DNA of 63,910 bases, filler included, from Octopus bimaculoides (lineage: Eukaryota): the NCBI RefSeq assembly GCF_001194135.2. It is 5 parts of 4 records of this genome, joined end to end, with 100 filler letters (N's around TTAATTAATTAA, not from the genome) between each part and the next. Parts side by side here need not be neighbours in the genome. Positions count along the whole stretch, not along the records: positions 24,552 to 41,695 come from NC_068983.1; positions 41,796 to 57,111 come from NC_068990.1; 3 more parts are not named here. One strand, 5' to 3'. Of this stretch, positions 35,303-48,893 are shown in pieces. Both the position numbers and the translations under genes were made by a program. How positions within the stretch are numbered: position 1 is the first letter of the stretch; every line of letters starts with the position of its first letter. The notes under the pieces are model-generated. The model worked only from the letters and a program-made list of their open reading frames with translations. It was not told the origin of the DNA and did not search any database.

Positions 35303-37271
35303 CTTGGATTGGTACCGTCCAATCAGATCGTAACATTAAGAGCTGTATTAACATAGATATTCTTGTCCCACTCTCGATGAACTTTGTTTTGTCCACTCTC
35401 GGTTTTGTTTAGCATTCTCTTGCTTCCATATTTCAATAAGCTATTTCATCCAGCAGCGTCCGCTATTATGCAGTTGAAAAAATTCATTTATTCCTCTAGA
35501 ACGTTCCTTGCTATGCATTATCCACCAGATATCAACCCACATTAGTGTTATCTAAACTGAGGCATTGAGAACATTATATAGGTGAAGCATATAAACGCTA
35601 TGTTTTAACAACAAAAAAGTATCAAACTATACTCATATGTAACAACACCATCGAACACCAACCCCACTAAACACGAGGAGCACTCAGTAGAACTCCCATT
35701 ATCTCGTCAAATGCTATAATATATCATCACCAAGTCTGCCTTGCCAAAAGACTTACCCTGCATAGAGAATATGATATTACATAAACTAGCACTACCCACC
35801 TGAGCCAGAAATTATTTCAGCCCCCAACAACTACTATCATTCTACACGGCTCGAGTGACGTTATCTGCTACTTCGAATTCAGATATCGCTTGAGCACATA
35901 TAGAGAAGAGCTAATCAGCTCACTCGCATTTTATCGTTATTGGATATCACCCAACTCCTGGGTTACAAGCAAGAAGTTCAAATAAGTTTCATCCTTTCTC
36001 TAACCACCATATATGTTAGAATTTCTTGGAGATGGTTAGTCTCCTACGTCAACCATTGAAGCATATCATTTAACTTCTCTCTAGGATTTTGTCAGGATTG
36101 TTTGGTTTGGATCGGACCTACTAAGCAGTAGGTTAAAATATTTCAGTCCAAGCAGCAACCGTCTCAAATCTCCTGCCTGATGAAGCGTTCCGTGCAGCCG
36201 TTGTTATGAAGCAGTTTAAACTATAAACGAAGCCTTAGCGTGTTCGATTTCACTGATCTCGTGTAGCGTTGGTGCACGCTACAAGAGCCGTGAGAAATGC
36301 ACCTTCCTCAAACAAATATAAGCACCAGCAAGACACACCAATAAACTTCTGAAAAACAAGAGCCTTCACCTGAGAACCCCAAGTTTACTTGATACCCTTC
36401 CACATAAAGCTGAAAAAGAGAAGAGGGAATTTATTTACACATACCATCTTTACGTTCAGATTTTATTTACTATTATTATTCTTACATGCAAATTTTATTT
36501 ACAGTTACAATTCTGAAATGCAGATTTGATTTTTTAACCTCATTGATATATTTATTCTAAATGCACGCTACAGTATGTATGTCTGCGCGAGTAAAATATA
36601 TTTTTCTGTGTCATGTTTTTATGGGCATTTAAAGTATTTATATATTGTCGTATATAAGACAATATAAGACCGTCGATATACTTCCTCGTATAATGGTACT
36701 AGTATTTTCCCTTACAGGCATGTGAACTGCCATATGTATGCATGCATGTGCGTATGTATACATATGTCAGATATACATGTATTTATATGTATTCATATAT
36801 ATATATATANNNNNNNNNNNNNNNNNNNNNNNNNNNNNNNNNNNNNNNNNNNNNNNNNNNNNNNNNNNNNNNNNNNNNNNNNNNNNNNNNNNNNNNTACA
36901 TACGTAATTTTCTCTTTTTCTTCCTTTACATATGCACATGTAGTAGAGGAGACAGTAATTACTGCAAGTGCATCCTGATGTTTCCGCGTTTTTATGTTGA
37001 TCAATACAAATATTTCTATATTTATAGACAATTCCAGTCTTGGAAGGCGGTTTAAGTAGAAATAGTTCTTATTATATCAAAAAAATTTACTCAAATATGT
37101 AAGATATTACGAGCAAGGATTGTAATCAATGTTTTGCTGAAACTGGTTGTTGGTGAGCTAAACATAATCTTCACCACAGAGTCTACAAGTCGGCAGTGAC
37201 GTTCTCTTTCACGTTCTCTCTCATTGTCTCACTCTCTCTCACTTTCTCTCTCTATCTGTATATATATATAT

Positions 37272-37318
<47 letters not shown>

Positions 37319-37542
37319 TATGTATATATATATACGTATATATGTATGTACATATGTGTGTATGCTTGTTGGTGTTTGTTTCGTTAGTAGAACGAAATTT
37401 TAATTCTGGAAGCATTGCACAAGTATTTCTAGTCGGTCGTCTTCAAAAGTCTTAATTTTGTTCCGAGAATACCAACTATGAATTTATTCAATTACTAGAC
37501 CAGAAATTGTTTTCCTTTTATTATTATTATTCAAATTATTAA

Positions 37543-37740
37543 GGTGGCGAGCTGGCAGAATCGTACGTATTTCGGGCAAAATACGTCAAGTCAAATCACC
37601 TGTCCTTACGTTCTAGATTCAAATTTGGCCGAGATCCTTTTTGCCTTTCTACCTTTTCTGTTCAGTAATTGGATCGATATAATCGATTAAACCCCTTACC
37701 CTAAATTGCTGGCTCTGTGCCAAAATTTGAAATTAATAGT
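37543..37740 (+). mobile_element. SINE family B, degenerate
   Basis: GGTGGCGAGCTGGCAGAATCG...TTCAAATT...TCGATATAATCGA...GCTGGCTCTGTGCCAAAATTTGAAA. Confidence 0.7.
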
Positions 37741-37904
37741 ATTCGAATAATTGATCAATTACTCAAGAGGTGTATGTTTTGCTGTGTAGTAAAAGTTTGC
37801 TTTGCAACAGGTTTCCGTGTTCAGTCCCACTGCATGGTTCCTTCGGTAAATGTTTTCTACTGTAGCCTGAGACGACCAAACTGAAAGAAGCCCGTCGGAT
37901 ATAA

Positions 37905-38690
37905 ACAACACCTCACAATGCCCGGGCAAATGCAGACAGAACAGTTTCTGGGACAGGTCCGTCTAACTGCACTTCTGTACCTGTGGAGCTTTCTAGAACC
38001 GCAAAGGCCCCGACCCCAACCATCGTAAGTACTGTTATGGCTCGAAGTTTCTCCGGAAAATACCAGTTTCTCCGGAAGCCCTGTCAGTGATTCTCAAGGA
38101 TGTAGTAGCTCTCTTCAGCCACTAATTCCCTATAGCACTCCAATGTGGAGCTCTCATCAACCGCATTTCCCGAGTGGCGGGGGGCTGCGAGTGCATGCCG
38201 ACGCCCCATGTAACAAGCTTGATCAAGAAGGCAGCTCTGTCAATAAGACGGACTGCGGAAAATCCTGTCTAAATAAGAGTGACCACTTCTGTTCACCGTC
38301 AAGTAATAGGCAGAACATGTCCCTTCCACAGAAAGCGGAAGATCAAGCGCTGCAGCTTTATCAGGCATGTAGCAGGGTAAATAAAGTACAATGGTAGTAG
38401 ACGACAGTAGTGATATACGTATTCGCCACCTTTTTTACCTTTCTAACTAGGTCCCCTCTATTCCAGATTCCTCTAAACACTAACGTCTCTGCTCTAGCAG
38501 TCCTTTTCATGTCTATCCACCATCGGTGTGTGGTGATCGGCGATTGCACCCGACAAATTCCGATGGACGTGCTTGCTAACCCGGTCTCTGAATGCATGAC
38601 GCAACGGTGAAACAGCTCCCAGAATCCGGAGCCCTGCCTATGAATACCATCTTGGTCGACCGTACATATCAATGCTTCATTGCATCATTT
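37905..38690 (-). mobile_element. L1/Tx1-clade LINE ORF2 fragment (post-RT to zf-RVT), heavily decayed
   Basis: KKVANTYITTVVYY, CLIKLQRLIFRFLWKGHV, and KLHRYRSAVRRTCPR..ETVLSAF, with frameshifts between them. Confidence 0.7.
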
Positions 38691-40689
38691 CAGATGACTT
38701 TAAATATTTTCATTAAAATGAATTCCTGTAAAAGGTAAAAATAGTTTCACAACTAAACACCTATATTGTTATTAGATTGTGATGTATCGATGCGTGACAT
38801 CGGCTACACAGAGAGCTAATAAATAATGCATTTGGCATATCAGTATGGCCGATCTTTGTTTCCTTGAACATTCAGTTCTTGAATGAATCGTAGGAACGTT
38901 GAAGGGATATACGGAATTACCGGCCATTCAAAGCTGAATTAGATCGATATTTTCTTGCGACAAAGGGATTTGGCTTCAATACTAGACTGTTTACGACACT
39001 GATAGAAAGAAATTGAATTGAACCCAGATCATTAAGAATTGGAACGATCTATTCCCCAAACTCCACGAATCTGCCTTTTAGATTTGTTTACTTGGCGAAT
39101 TAGAATGTTAACCTAATTATTAAATTACGAACACTATGCATCCATAACATAAGAAGTATCTGGCTGTGCAAAATTTTTGCTACTTCTCAGTAGCGGATAG
39201 ACAAAATAACATTATGCTAAAACACATTTCAGACAAGTGAAATAGAACTGAATGTTTTGCCACTCAACACAGCAGTGGCTATAGAAAATACACATTTCAT
39301 TAGGTTCCATACCATCAGGATAATTTGGATAGCCGCAGAATATTCTTCTTTTTCTTTCCATCGGAATAAATACATAAAGTATATTAAATTCTATATTGGA
39401 AGAAAGTTTCCCCGTTATAAAACAGAGTGCTACCACAATATTTATTGAAAGTGCGCAATTTCACAAACAAGATATAAAAATGTATGTAGTATTAAATCAA
39501 TGCTTATATAATTTACTCAGTCACAGGTGGGATTTCGATTTAGCATAATGGAAAACCATACATCTGAATGCAGAAATTTCAATTTTAATGAGTTTTAGTA
39601 TGCATAGTTTACTGAACTCTTGTTATCGATACTAGTGTTAGTCAAAACGTTACGTCATACTTACCAATATTTCTAATTTCCAGTATTCCTGATATGGTAT
39701 CAAGCTAACAAATATTACTTGATAATCATTTGATTAATAAATTAAGAGGGAATTTAGAGCAGGACTAAATATATAAAACTGAAAATACATATACCTGTAA
39801 TTATTGTTTTGTAGAACCTGGATAGCACATGTATAATGGAAGTCCTTTAGGTATTTTTGAAGACTTCTTTTAAGCAGAGTCCACAAGTGGAGTGCTTGCG
39901 CTGGTATGGGATACACGAATCTATTATAGGTCAGGAAAACCTATATTGTATTTTTCTATTAATTAGGTGGTGTATTTGGCTGGATAGTGATGCGGAAGTG
40001 TTATACTCTGTATATAGAAACGAGTTTAAATGTGTATAATATCGCAGAACTGATAGCTGCAACTGCAGATCTGGGGCAGACTGCCTTCTGCAAATTCATT
40101 ACAGAAGATTCAACGTCGTATACCAATGCACCGTTCACAAAAAATTAAATAACTCCAATAGCTTTCTACCACAGATTTTTAAGCAAAGATAACAAAGATA
40201 GCAATTTAATACCTATTGGAGTCATTTACTATGTTGTGAACAGTGCATTGGTATATAGGTACTGGTGTCGATGCATTCAGTTTATAAGTTCTTGAAGGCA
40301 GTACCCCCGCATGGACAAAACTTTGTGCCAGAATCTTACCAGTGTTGTGTGCAAGCACGTAGTTCTAAAGAAAGAAAATAATATTTGATGCTTTCTGAGC
40401 ATTAATACCACGCAACCTTAGCTTAGTAATAATAGAGGGCGACATCTAGAAGCTATCTTGAATTTGATCAAATCTGTTATTTCTAATAGTTCATTACATG
40501 GACGTGTCCTATGCGCTAACAGAATTTGAATTGATACAAAACTGAATCGAATTGTTAACGGATTTATATGGAAATACAAATTTATATTTATGTGAGTGAG
40601 TGTGTGTGTGTGTAGTGTATGTATATGTGTGTGTGTGAGTGTGTATGTGAGTTCATTTATTGTACAAACGTTTTAATCGGCATTTTTAT

Positions 40690-40985
40690 GCCTGCAATTG
40701 GGTGGTGTGGAACTCCATCCGTGACAAGTCTGCTCGTGAAATTCACATTAACCGGCTGGGCACTCCACATACGCGATTCCTCTTAATATAGTTCTCATGA
40801 AGATTGACCGTGACACAGACTGTGACAAGACTGCGACTTTGAATTACAGCTACTACTCATTTTTGCCAGCTGAGTGGACTGGAACGACGTGAAAAATGTC
40901 TTGTTCAAGGATACAACGCCGGCAATGGAACGCACAACCTTAAGATGTAAGCTGATTACCCTAGCCACTAAACCACGCGCCTTTG
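40690..40985 (-). mobile_element. SINE family C (tail type 2), degenerate
   Basis: TGCTCGTGAAATT...GCCAGCTGAGTGGACTGGAAC...CCCTAGCCACTAAACCACGCGCC. Confidence 0.75.
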
Positions 40986-41637
40986 CAGTGGGTAGTGTAT
41001 TACATAAAGTGTATTACATTTAGAATAAAAATGAAGAAAAGTAATAGCGTCACGAATGTTAATTAGTGCTTTTGTTCAGCAGTAACTGTCAATAACATCT
41101 TGAGTTGTAAGACGCCTAGATAATAGCATTTATTATTATGAAACATGTGAGCACTTGTAGCTTTTCGTAGGAGTATGTGCACAGGCTAAACTAGATACAA
41201 CTGATTACTTGATCAGCTTTGTGTCAAAGTTTACATGAAATTTAAGTCTATAGTTGCATTAGCTGAGTTCCTGTAGCTAATGCTTACTTATTGGCACCTT
41301 TGCCGAAACTTGTTAAAATACATTATTTTAAAAGTCAATAGAATTGCGTAACTACACTTGGACTTTTAGCGAATTACTAACCTCATCTTTATTCTTGCTT
41401 CTTTCAGCACCTGTATACATGGGGTTCAATACAATAGGTATGCTTATATGTGTGTACGTGAGATTGTATGTGTGTATGTGTGTGTGTGTGTGTGTGTGTC
41501 TGTGAATGCGTCTGTCTGTGTTTGTGTGCATGTGTGTCCGTGCCTGTGCACCATAAATTGTATATATATATTTGCTACACTCATATGAAGATAACCAATA
41601 CGATTTTAGTACATCCAAGCCAATAACACTGCTAATC

Positions 41638-41695
<58 letters not shown>

Positions 41696-41999
41696 NNNNN
41701 NNNNNNNNNNNNNNNNNNNNNNNNNNNNNNNNNNNNNNNTTAATTAATTAANNNNNNNNNNNNNNNNNNNNNNNNNNNNNNNNNNNNNNNNNNNNCCCTC
41801 ATAAGGTCAGATTGTATTCAGAAAGTCGAGTCTCAGATCTGCATGAGATTAAAATGTTAAAGCCCAAATCTCATATATTTAGAGGGTTAATGGTTATGAT
41901 GGTAATGAGGTTCAGTTTGCCTTCTTGGTGTGGTGCCTACTTTACTTTAGCCTTTAAGTATCAGATCCATCTTAGACCAACTCCATTTGTTTTACATAT

Positions 42000-42223
42000 T
42001 TAATTCTTTAGCATTTAAACAGGCCACATCTGTCCTAAATATTCCACCTGTTTTATATTCAATTTGGCGAGATCCAGCCTCTCACTCTAATCCTACAATG
42101 TTATTCTAATAACAATCATGTCATTGAAACCTCAGAGCTACAAGACTGTACATGATCTACTCAAAACAATATGAATATATAAGCAATAGATTTGACAGAT
42201 TAATCTGAATACTAAAGGGTTAA
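42000..42223 (+). mobile_element. TTAA-flanked MITE family P (piggyBac-like termini)
   Basis: TTAATTCTTTAGCATT ... AATACTAAAGGGTTAA. Confidence 0.75.
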
Positions 42224-42354
42224 GATGTACCCATTTAAATGGACTCAGTTAACGTCTAATTCTTGATTTGTCACCAAAAAGCAAGGTTGACCCTCGTAAT
42301 TTCATTTCAAGCTGTTGAGAAGTGTTTCTCAGATGGTGTGCCACAAGCGGTAAC

Positions 42355-42770
42355 TGGTTGTGTTGTTGTTGTTGGCACTCCGTTGCTTACGACGTCGAGG
42401 GTTCCAGTTGATCCGATCAACGGAACAGCCTGCTCGTGAAATTAACGTGCAAGTGGCTGGGCACTCCACAGACACGTGTACCCTTAACGTAGTTCTCGGG
42501 GATATTCAGCGTGACACAGTGTGACAAAGCTGGCCCTTTGAAATACAGGTACAACAGAAACAGGAAGAAAGAGTGAGAGAAAGTTGTGGTAAAAGAGTAC
42601 AGCAGGGTTCACCACCATCCCCTGCCGGAGCCTCGTGGAGTTTTAGGTGTTTTCGCTCAATAAACACTCACAAAGCCCAGTCTGGGAATCGAAACCGCGA
42701 TCCTATGACCGAGAGTCTGCTGCCCTAATCACTGGGCCATTGTGCCTCCACTACAGCATTTTAATAATGT
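42355..42770 (-). mobile_element. SINE family D: distinct tRNA head and centre, with the family C tail type 2
   Basis: Minus-strand head GGAGGCACAATGGCCCAGTGATTAGGGCAGCAGACTCTCGGTCATAGGATCGCGGTTTCGATTCCC. Tail ...GGATCAACTGGAACCCTCGACGTCGTAAGCAACGGAGTGCC followed by (AAC)n. Confidence 0.85.
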
Positions 42771-43838
42771 AATATAAGGCTTAATTAAATCCATGCTAAT
42801 GTTGATTATTTTGAAAAACAGTTTACTCATAATTTTGTTATATACACAAATGTAACTAACCAAAACACAGCTTGCATTCTATATTTTTTCGTAAATTTAA
42901 AAATTTAAAACATAGTTAATTTTTTTTTTTTTTACCGTTTCATTTGAAGTACATCAGTAATTTTTAACTTCTCATTTGAAAATACGCTAGAAAGTTTTTG
43001 TATGATCTCCAATGCATACTACAAAGTCAAAATGAGATTGAGATCTACTGCTGCAGAGAGACTAACTAAATATTATAAATTATTTAGTCCATTGCTTTAC
43101 TATTTCTGCCATTCCACCACTCTGATATTAATAATAGCAGCAAGCTAATTCTATTCTGTGAAAGGATTAAAAAAAAAACATAACAATAGTTCAAATCTCT
43201 TTGTGTTTTTTTTCTGTCGCTGCCTTTTCTTTTGTTTCTCTATCTCTGTGGGAATATTCTCACACCTTATTATAATTATCTAGCTGTCATGACATTTTCC
43301 AATAGTTTTTCCCCCTCTTCACTTCACTTTTTTTTTCTAGCATTCCTTTGACAGCTGTTATCCCCACTTTTCCTAATTAAGATTGACTAGCAGAACACAG
43401 ATGGCTTCAAGCCATTTATATTCTTTCATTCAAGATGGGAGATTGAATAAAAGGATAATGGAAAAGACATTTCTTTCCATCCTGTATTGAACTCTTTCTC
43501 TTCCATTTTTCCATGGGCATACTACTATGTATATTTTCATATACATGCATATGTGTGTGTCAGTGTGCACACCTGTTTGTGTGTGTGTATGTATGTATAT
43601 ATACACATGCATACACACATAATACATATGCGCATACACATATATACACTTGAATGCATTCATACAGTTAATACCTGGGTTGTAAACAATTTATATTGTT
43701 ATATGTCTGTCTGTAAGTCTGATCTGTAAGTTATTACTGTTATGTAATAATAATAATAATCCTTTCTACTATAGGTTCAAGGCCTGAAATTTCTTAGGGG
43801 AGGGGACTAGTTGATTACATCGACCCCAGTACTCAACT

Positions 43839-44200
43839 AGACCGAGACCTTTGGTTGAAATGTCATCAAGCCGAGCAAAATCGCAGTCATGGCAGATACT
43901 GGTGTCATGCAAATGGCACCCGTGCCGGTTGCACATAAAAACACCGAGATGTCAGGCAAATGGCACGTGTGCAGGTGGCACGTAAAAGCACCCATTACTC
44001 TCGGAGTGGTCGGCATTAGGAGGGGCATCCAGCAGTAGAAAACCATACCAAATTAGACTGGAGTCTGGTGCAGCCTTCCAGCATGACATAATGCCAAAGG
44101 TCTCGAACACTCAAAAGGAACCCAGCTTCTTTGCCTCTGTGAAGTCCAATGCTCAAAAGGAGCTCAGTCACTTTGCCTGTGAGGCCCGTATGTAATGTAT
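43839..44200 (+). mobile_element. RTE 3' end with an adjoining inverted ORF2-end segment
   Basis: 43839-44082 is the plus-strand 3' UTR. 44083-44200 is minus-strand ...CGAGACCTTTGGCATTATGTC (RDLWHY). Confidence 0.65.
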
Positions 44201-44329
44201 ATTTATGTATGTATACGTATGCATATGTGTGTGTATTATAGAGTCAACAGATGAAATTCAGAGATTCTCAATATAGAAAACACTTAATAACACTCAAATG
44301 ATTTGAACTTACACTTTGATATCTTTACC

Positions 44330-44500
44330 ACAGATCAAGTCTGACTTCTGTACAGTTTTTGTTTGTCAAATTGCAATCAAAGGATATTGGTCAAATCAGT
44401 CCATGATATATTAGAAGACTCTGATCTATGGCTGTTGCACAGTGATGTCAAACCTGGAACTTTGTGGTTGCAAAAACAAAAAACTTCTTAACCACACTAT
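44330..44500 (-). mobile_element. SINE family A 5' half, degenerate
   Basis: TGTTTGTCAAATTGCAATCAAAGGATATTGGTC...AACCTGGAACTTTGTGGTTGC..CTTCTTAACCAC. Confidence 0.5.
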
Positions 44501-45524
44501 ATATTTGATATTTCAGAAAAGAAATATGCTTGGTTGAAAATTTTAAATTCATACATAAGTTCTCATCACTATAGTAACCAATTAAAAACTAAGCAAAAAG
44601 AAAAAGAAAAAAAAAAGCTTTGTATATTGCAGAGTAGTTTTGGATGTTTGTGAATGAATGATGCTGGTGCTGGTGGCTGGTGTTGGTGATTGCTAAATAG
44701 CTGGGGATGGAGGGGAAAAGCAACAACAAAAAGTGAAAGAGACGAAAACTGCATCTGCTTGTTTATGATTGCTGGTAAATCAAATGAAATGAAATCAGTC
44801 TCTGTGCGAGTAGTTTTATATGGCTTCTCTTCTCAGTCAGAGTTACCACTGTTCAATAAGGCTTCTTGACTTTCTTTCTGTGGTTCAGAACTTTTCTCTA
44901 GATTGCTGACACATGTCGTTTATGTATTTGAGTTTGCTGATTTGTTCCATTAGGTAAATTGATTTTGATATATCGCCCGTAAAGTGCTACAGCATAGAAA
45001 TACCTTCTTTTTAATGGTCACCCCTACCACACACACACACACACACGCTATACACAACCACCACCGCCATCAGTATCATGCAACTGTTAATGCTATATGA
45101 CAGATATTTTCATGGAATATGTTATAAAGTCTAGTCACCCCCCCTCCTACTTGGATCATTAGTTTTTACTACCTCTTGTATTTTCTTTTTCTTCTCTGTC
45201 TATTCTTTCCAATACCACTTGTCACTTTCAGCTAATTATAAAGAAGAGAGAAGATATATTTTAATTATGCTTACTGTAGATGATATTGATGATAATGATG
45301 ATTATGATAATTATTTTTTACGAAGGCTTTTGGATTTCTGTTTTTTAATTTTATCTTTTTCTTTTACTTTTTCTTTTTTTTTTTTGTCATGGAAATAGTA
45401 AAATAAATTGTAATATACCAGCATTGAACATAATGCTGTGATGGTCAAGACTTATACAATTCTGGAATTTCTAAATATAAGCAGAAACTGTATTGCGGGT
45501 ACAAGAGTAGGTAATAACAAAAAT

Positions 45525-46100
45525 AACAGGAGCACTCAGAGAGCGCAAACCTCCGCCAAGTCAACACCAACATCCTCTCAACGATTAGCCAGAGATGATT
45601 TTTGAAATGAGAATATCTGAAATGAACTCGACTGCTCTCATAAATGAGAATGCTAAAAACGAACCCGACCGCTCTCAAAAATTAAGTAAAAAATCTGGAA
45701 AAATAATCTAGAAACCATGTCTGGTACCTGACCGATCCCAATGGTAGTCATGAAATGTGAAGGTGGCTGAAGAAAATTTAGTAACAATAATAAATAGTTT
45801 AGCCAAAGTTAACAAATTCACCATTCAAAATAGTTACAGCCTAAAGGGAGATAAATGAGAAAGACTTGAAAGTTAATGTAAGATTGTAATCATGTAAAGT
45901 AAATATAACAAATAATCCAGAATCCTTGTCCAGTACCGGATTGATCCCAAAATCTAATCAGTTTGTCCCTGTCATGAGGCCAAACATCCCTGAAAGTTTC
46001 AGCTGAATCCATCAAGCAGTTTTTGAGATATCTTGTCCATGGACAATCAAACAAACACAACTGAAAACAATACCGCTGCCTTCGCTAAGGCAGAGCTAAA
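45525..46100 (+). mobile_element. Non-autonomous Helentron/HINE-like element
   Basis: 5' subterminal AACCTCCGCCAAG, 3' hairpin remnant GCTGCCTTCGCTAAGGCAGAG related to that motif, a short (CAAA)n-like stretch before it and an A-rich flank. A second copy lies at 17140-17395. Confidence 0.6.
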
Positions 46101-46257
46101 AATAAAGCAAAAACAAAGAAAACAAACTAAACATACAAAGAACTCAGCTTGTAGCTTATATAAGCAATGTTGTGAAACATTAAGTACATCAGTGCTACAT
46201 GCCCAATTTCATAAGCAGGGACACAAAGATTGGATCCAAAGGCAATTTGACCAATCG

Positions 46258-46662
46258 TAGGCATTGCTGTGTGGTAAGAAGTTTGCTTCCTAACTACATG
46301 ATTCTGGGTTCAGTTCCACTGCATGCTACCTTGGGTGAGTGTCTTCTACTGTAGTCTTAGGCCAACCAAAACCTTGTTAGTGGATTTTGTAGATGGAAAC
46401 TGAAAGGAACCACTCGTGTGTGTATATGTGTGTTTACATGTATGTTTATGTGTTTGTGTTTGTTGCCCACCACCACTTGGCAACTGATGTTGGTGTGTTT
46501 ACATCCCCATAACTTAGTGGTTCAGCAAAAGCGACCGACAGAATAAGTACCAGGCTTAAAGGAAAGAAAAAGTTCTGGGGTTGATTTGTTAGATTAAAAT
46601 TCTTTGCGGTGGTGCCCCAGCATGGCCACAGTCTGATGAGTGAAACAAGGAAAAGATAAAAG
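46258..46662 (+). mobile_element. SINE family A, full-length degenerate copy
   Basis: Head, central domain, eroded microsatellite and tail GGTGCCCCAGCATGGCCACAG. Confidence 0.85.
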
Positions 46663-47227
46663 AATCGCAGCTAAAGCACTACCCTTTCAAATGGTCCAGT
46701 CAACAGTGACAAAATTTTTGTTGTTAATATTGTTGTTAAAGACAAAATTAATTGATCTAGTTTGAAAATCTGCACCAAAAGTAACACTTGAGGAATTTTA
46801 TTTAGAAACCAAAATGAATGAGAAAAGAATGATAGGAGTAAGAATTACATTTTTGAGCAAGTTACTTCAGTCTTATAGATTGCATAGTTGTACCTTTGTG
46901 TCAGATTTATATCAGAAAGTTGGTGGTAAGTTTTGATATCCTTGACATTTTGCTTAGGGATCGAAACCATTCTGAACTGAGGATGAAATTGAGCTGCATG
47001 CTTGGTTTTTGGTTTGAGGGATATTTGGCACCTATTTTAGAGGTTGCAGCTCATTTCTGAAAGCTTTGAGGTTTGGTGTGAATTTCATTTCCACTTTGAG
47101 GAAATGAGGAAGCCACTGCTTGCTTGAACTGACTTTAGTTCATTTGTGCAAGTAGTGGTGTCTGTAATTTGTCATGGGGGAATTGACCCCCAATACATAT
47201 AAAGATTTAACACACACACACACACCC

Positions 47228-47855
47228 ACTAAAGAATATTACAGCTGAATAAAGAAAATTCGGACCTCAGAACTCTCTGCGTTCAATAAAACAGTGACCC
47301 ACAATGTGTTTGCAGTGCCAGTACTCATACCAACATTTGGGCTGCTTGTTTGGATGCCTGATGTGACCTGAGATATTGATGTGAAAACCCGAAAAATACT
47401 AACAAGCGCACATAATTTCCACATAAACAGTGATGTGGACCTCTTCTACCTAAAACGTGAACAAGGCGGCAGAGGCTTAACATCAATCCAAAATGCCTTT
47501 GAATGTCGTATCATATCCCTTCGGCAACATCTTTTAACCACCAAGCGTCGAAGTGCATCCCTTGACCANNNNNNNNNNCCAAAATGCCTTTGAATGTCGT
47601 ATCATATCCCTTCGGCAACATCTTTTAACCACCAAGCGTCGAAGTGCATCCCTTGACCAAATTTGCATACATGAAGCTGATAACATCATAAGACTTGGAA
47701 GGCAACTCCTTGAGCAACACTCTTTATCTGATAACCTAGAATACATGCCCAAAGAAGTCGCACGACTCTACCGCAACATATCATCAGATGAAAGGATGAG
47801 CCTATATGAGCAGAAGACTATGCATGGATATGTTAGTAGAAAGCTCTGTGATGTC
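47228..47855 (+). mobile_element. R4/Dong-like (restriction-like-endonuclease group) LINE fragment, post-RT region
   Basis: SELSAFNKTVTHNVFAVPVLIPTFG..W, DIDVKTRKILT, SDVDLFYLKREQGGRGLTSI, and KTMHGY. Confidence 0.75.
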
Positions 47856-47859
47856 AGTA

Positions 47860-48400
47860 ACATTGCAGCTCCGTTGGTGGCTAATGAGCCTTGCTCTTCA
47901 CAAGCACACATGATTGCAAACATTGCAAACCAAGCTTTCCCCATACACTACACCAGCAGTGTGCTTTTGAGAAGCATGCTTAAGTTCTTCATGCAGAATA
48001 CGTGCTCTCTTAAAAGTGTCGACCCCCTCCTTAATCTGCTTCCTCCATCTGTGGCAATGACAGGCTTTGCTCTCCCAGTCAGTCTCCTGCATATCACAGG
48101 CCTTTAATGAGGACTTGATACAGTCCTTAAATCGCAACCTTGGTTTCTGCCAGGGTCTCTTTCCATTCACAAGTTCCCCATATAGCATCTGCTTAGGGAT
48201 CCTGCTATCCTTCATTCTAATAAGGTGTCCAGTCCAATGTAACTGGTGCTTGTGCACTATTACCTTCAATACTCAAGATATCAGCTGTCCTCAGGACCTG
48301 TATGTCTGGAGTTTTTAAGGTCCAGCTAACATTCAGAATGTGTCTGACATCTCTGATGAAAGTGTTCAAAGACCTTTACATGATGTTTGTAAAGGAGCGA
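47860..48400 (-). mobile_element. RTE (BovB-like) LINE ORF2 C-terminal fragment
   Basis: RHILNVSWTLKTPDIQVLRTADI, HQLHWTGHLIRMKDSRIPKQMLYGELVNGKR..PRLRFKDCIK..WESKA...WR, and terminal CNVCNHVC..RARLISHQRSC. Confidence 0.88.
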
Positions 48401-48856
48401 TGTCACTCACATACATACATACATACATACATACATACATACAAAAATACCCTGTTTGTTGGTTGAAATTCCATTGAAGGGNNNNNNNNNNNNNNNNNNN
48501 NNNNNNNNNNNNNNNNNNNNNNNNNNNNNNNNNNNNNNNNNNNNNNNNNNNNNNNNNNNNNNGATATCAGCTGTCCTCAGGACCTGTATGTCTGGAGTTT
48601 TTAAGGTCCAGCTAACATTCAGAATGTGTCTGACATCTCTGATGAAAGTGTTCAAAGACCTTTACATGATGTTTGTAAAGGAGCGATGTCACTCACATAC
48701 ATACATACATACATACATACATACATACAAAAATACCCTGTTTGTTGGTTGAAATTCCATTGAAGGGACCTTGGATTTAAGTTAGAAACCGGTTCTTTCT
48801 CTTTTGGCAAGAAATCTTGAAATAAACTGGATAATTACATACATACATACATACAT

Positions 48857-48893
<37 letters not shown>

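Noticed and set aside
36170-36230. CTGATGAAG motif suggesting another hammerhead
   Set aside because: No properly placed GAAA or closing stem II follows.
36303-36409. Strong minus-strand acceptor (CCCTCTTCTCTTTTTCAG) suggesting an exon
   Set aside because: All three frames hit stops before the obvious downstream donor.
47488-47659. Exact direct repeat of about 80 bp in the R4-like fragment
   Set aside because: The identical copies flank a 10-N gap, which indicates unmerged contig overlap.
48277-48771. Direct duplication of about 205 bp
   Set aside because: The copies differ only in (TACA)n length and flank an N-gap, so this is an assembly overlap artefact.
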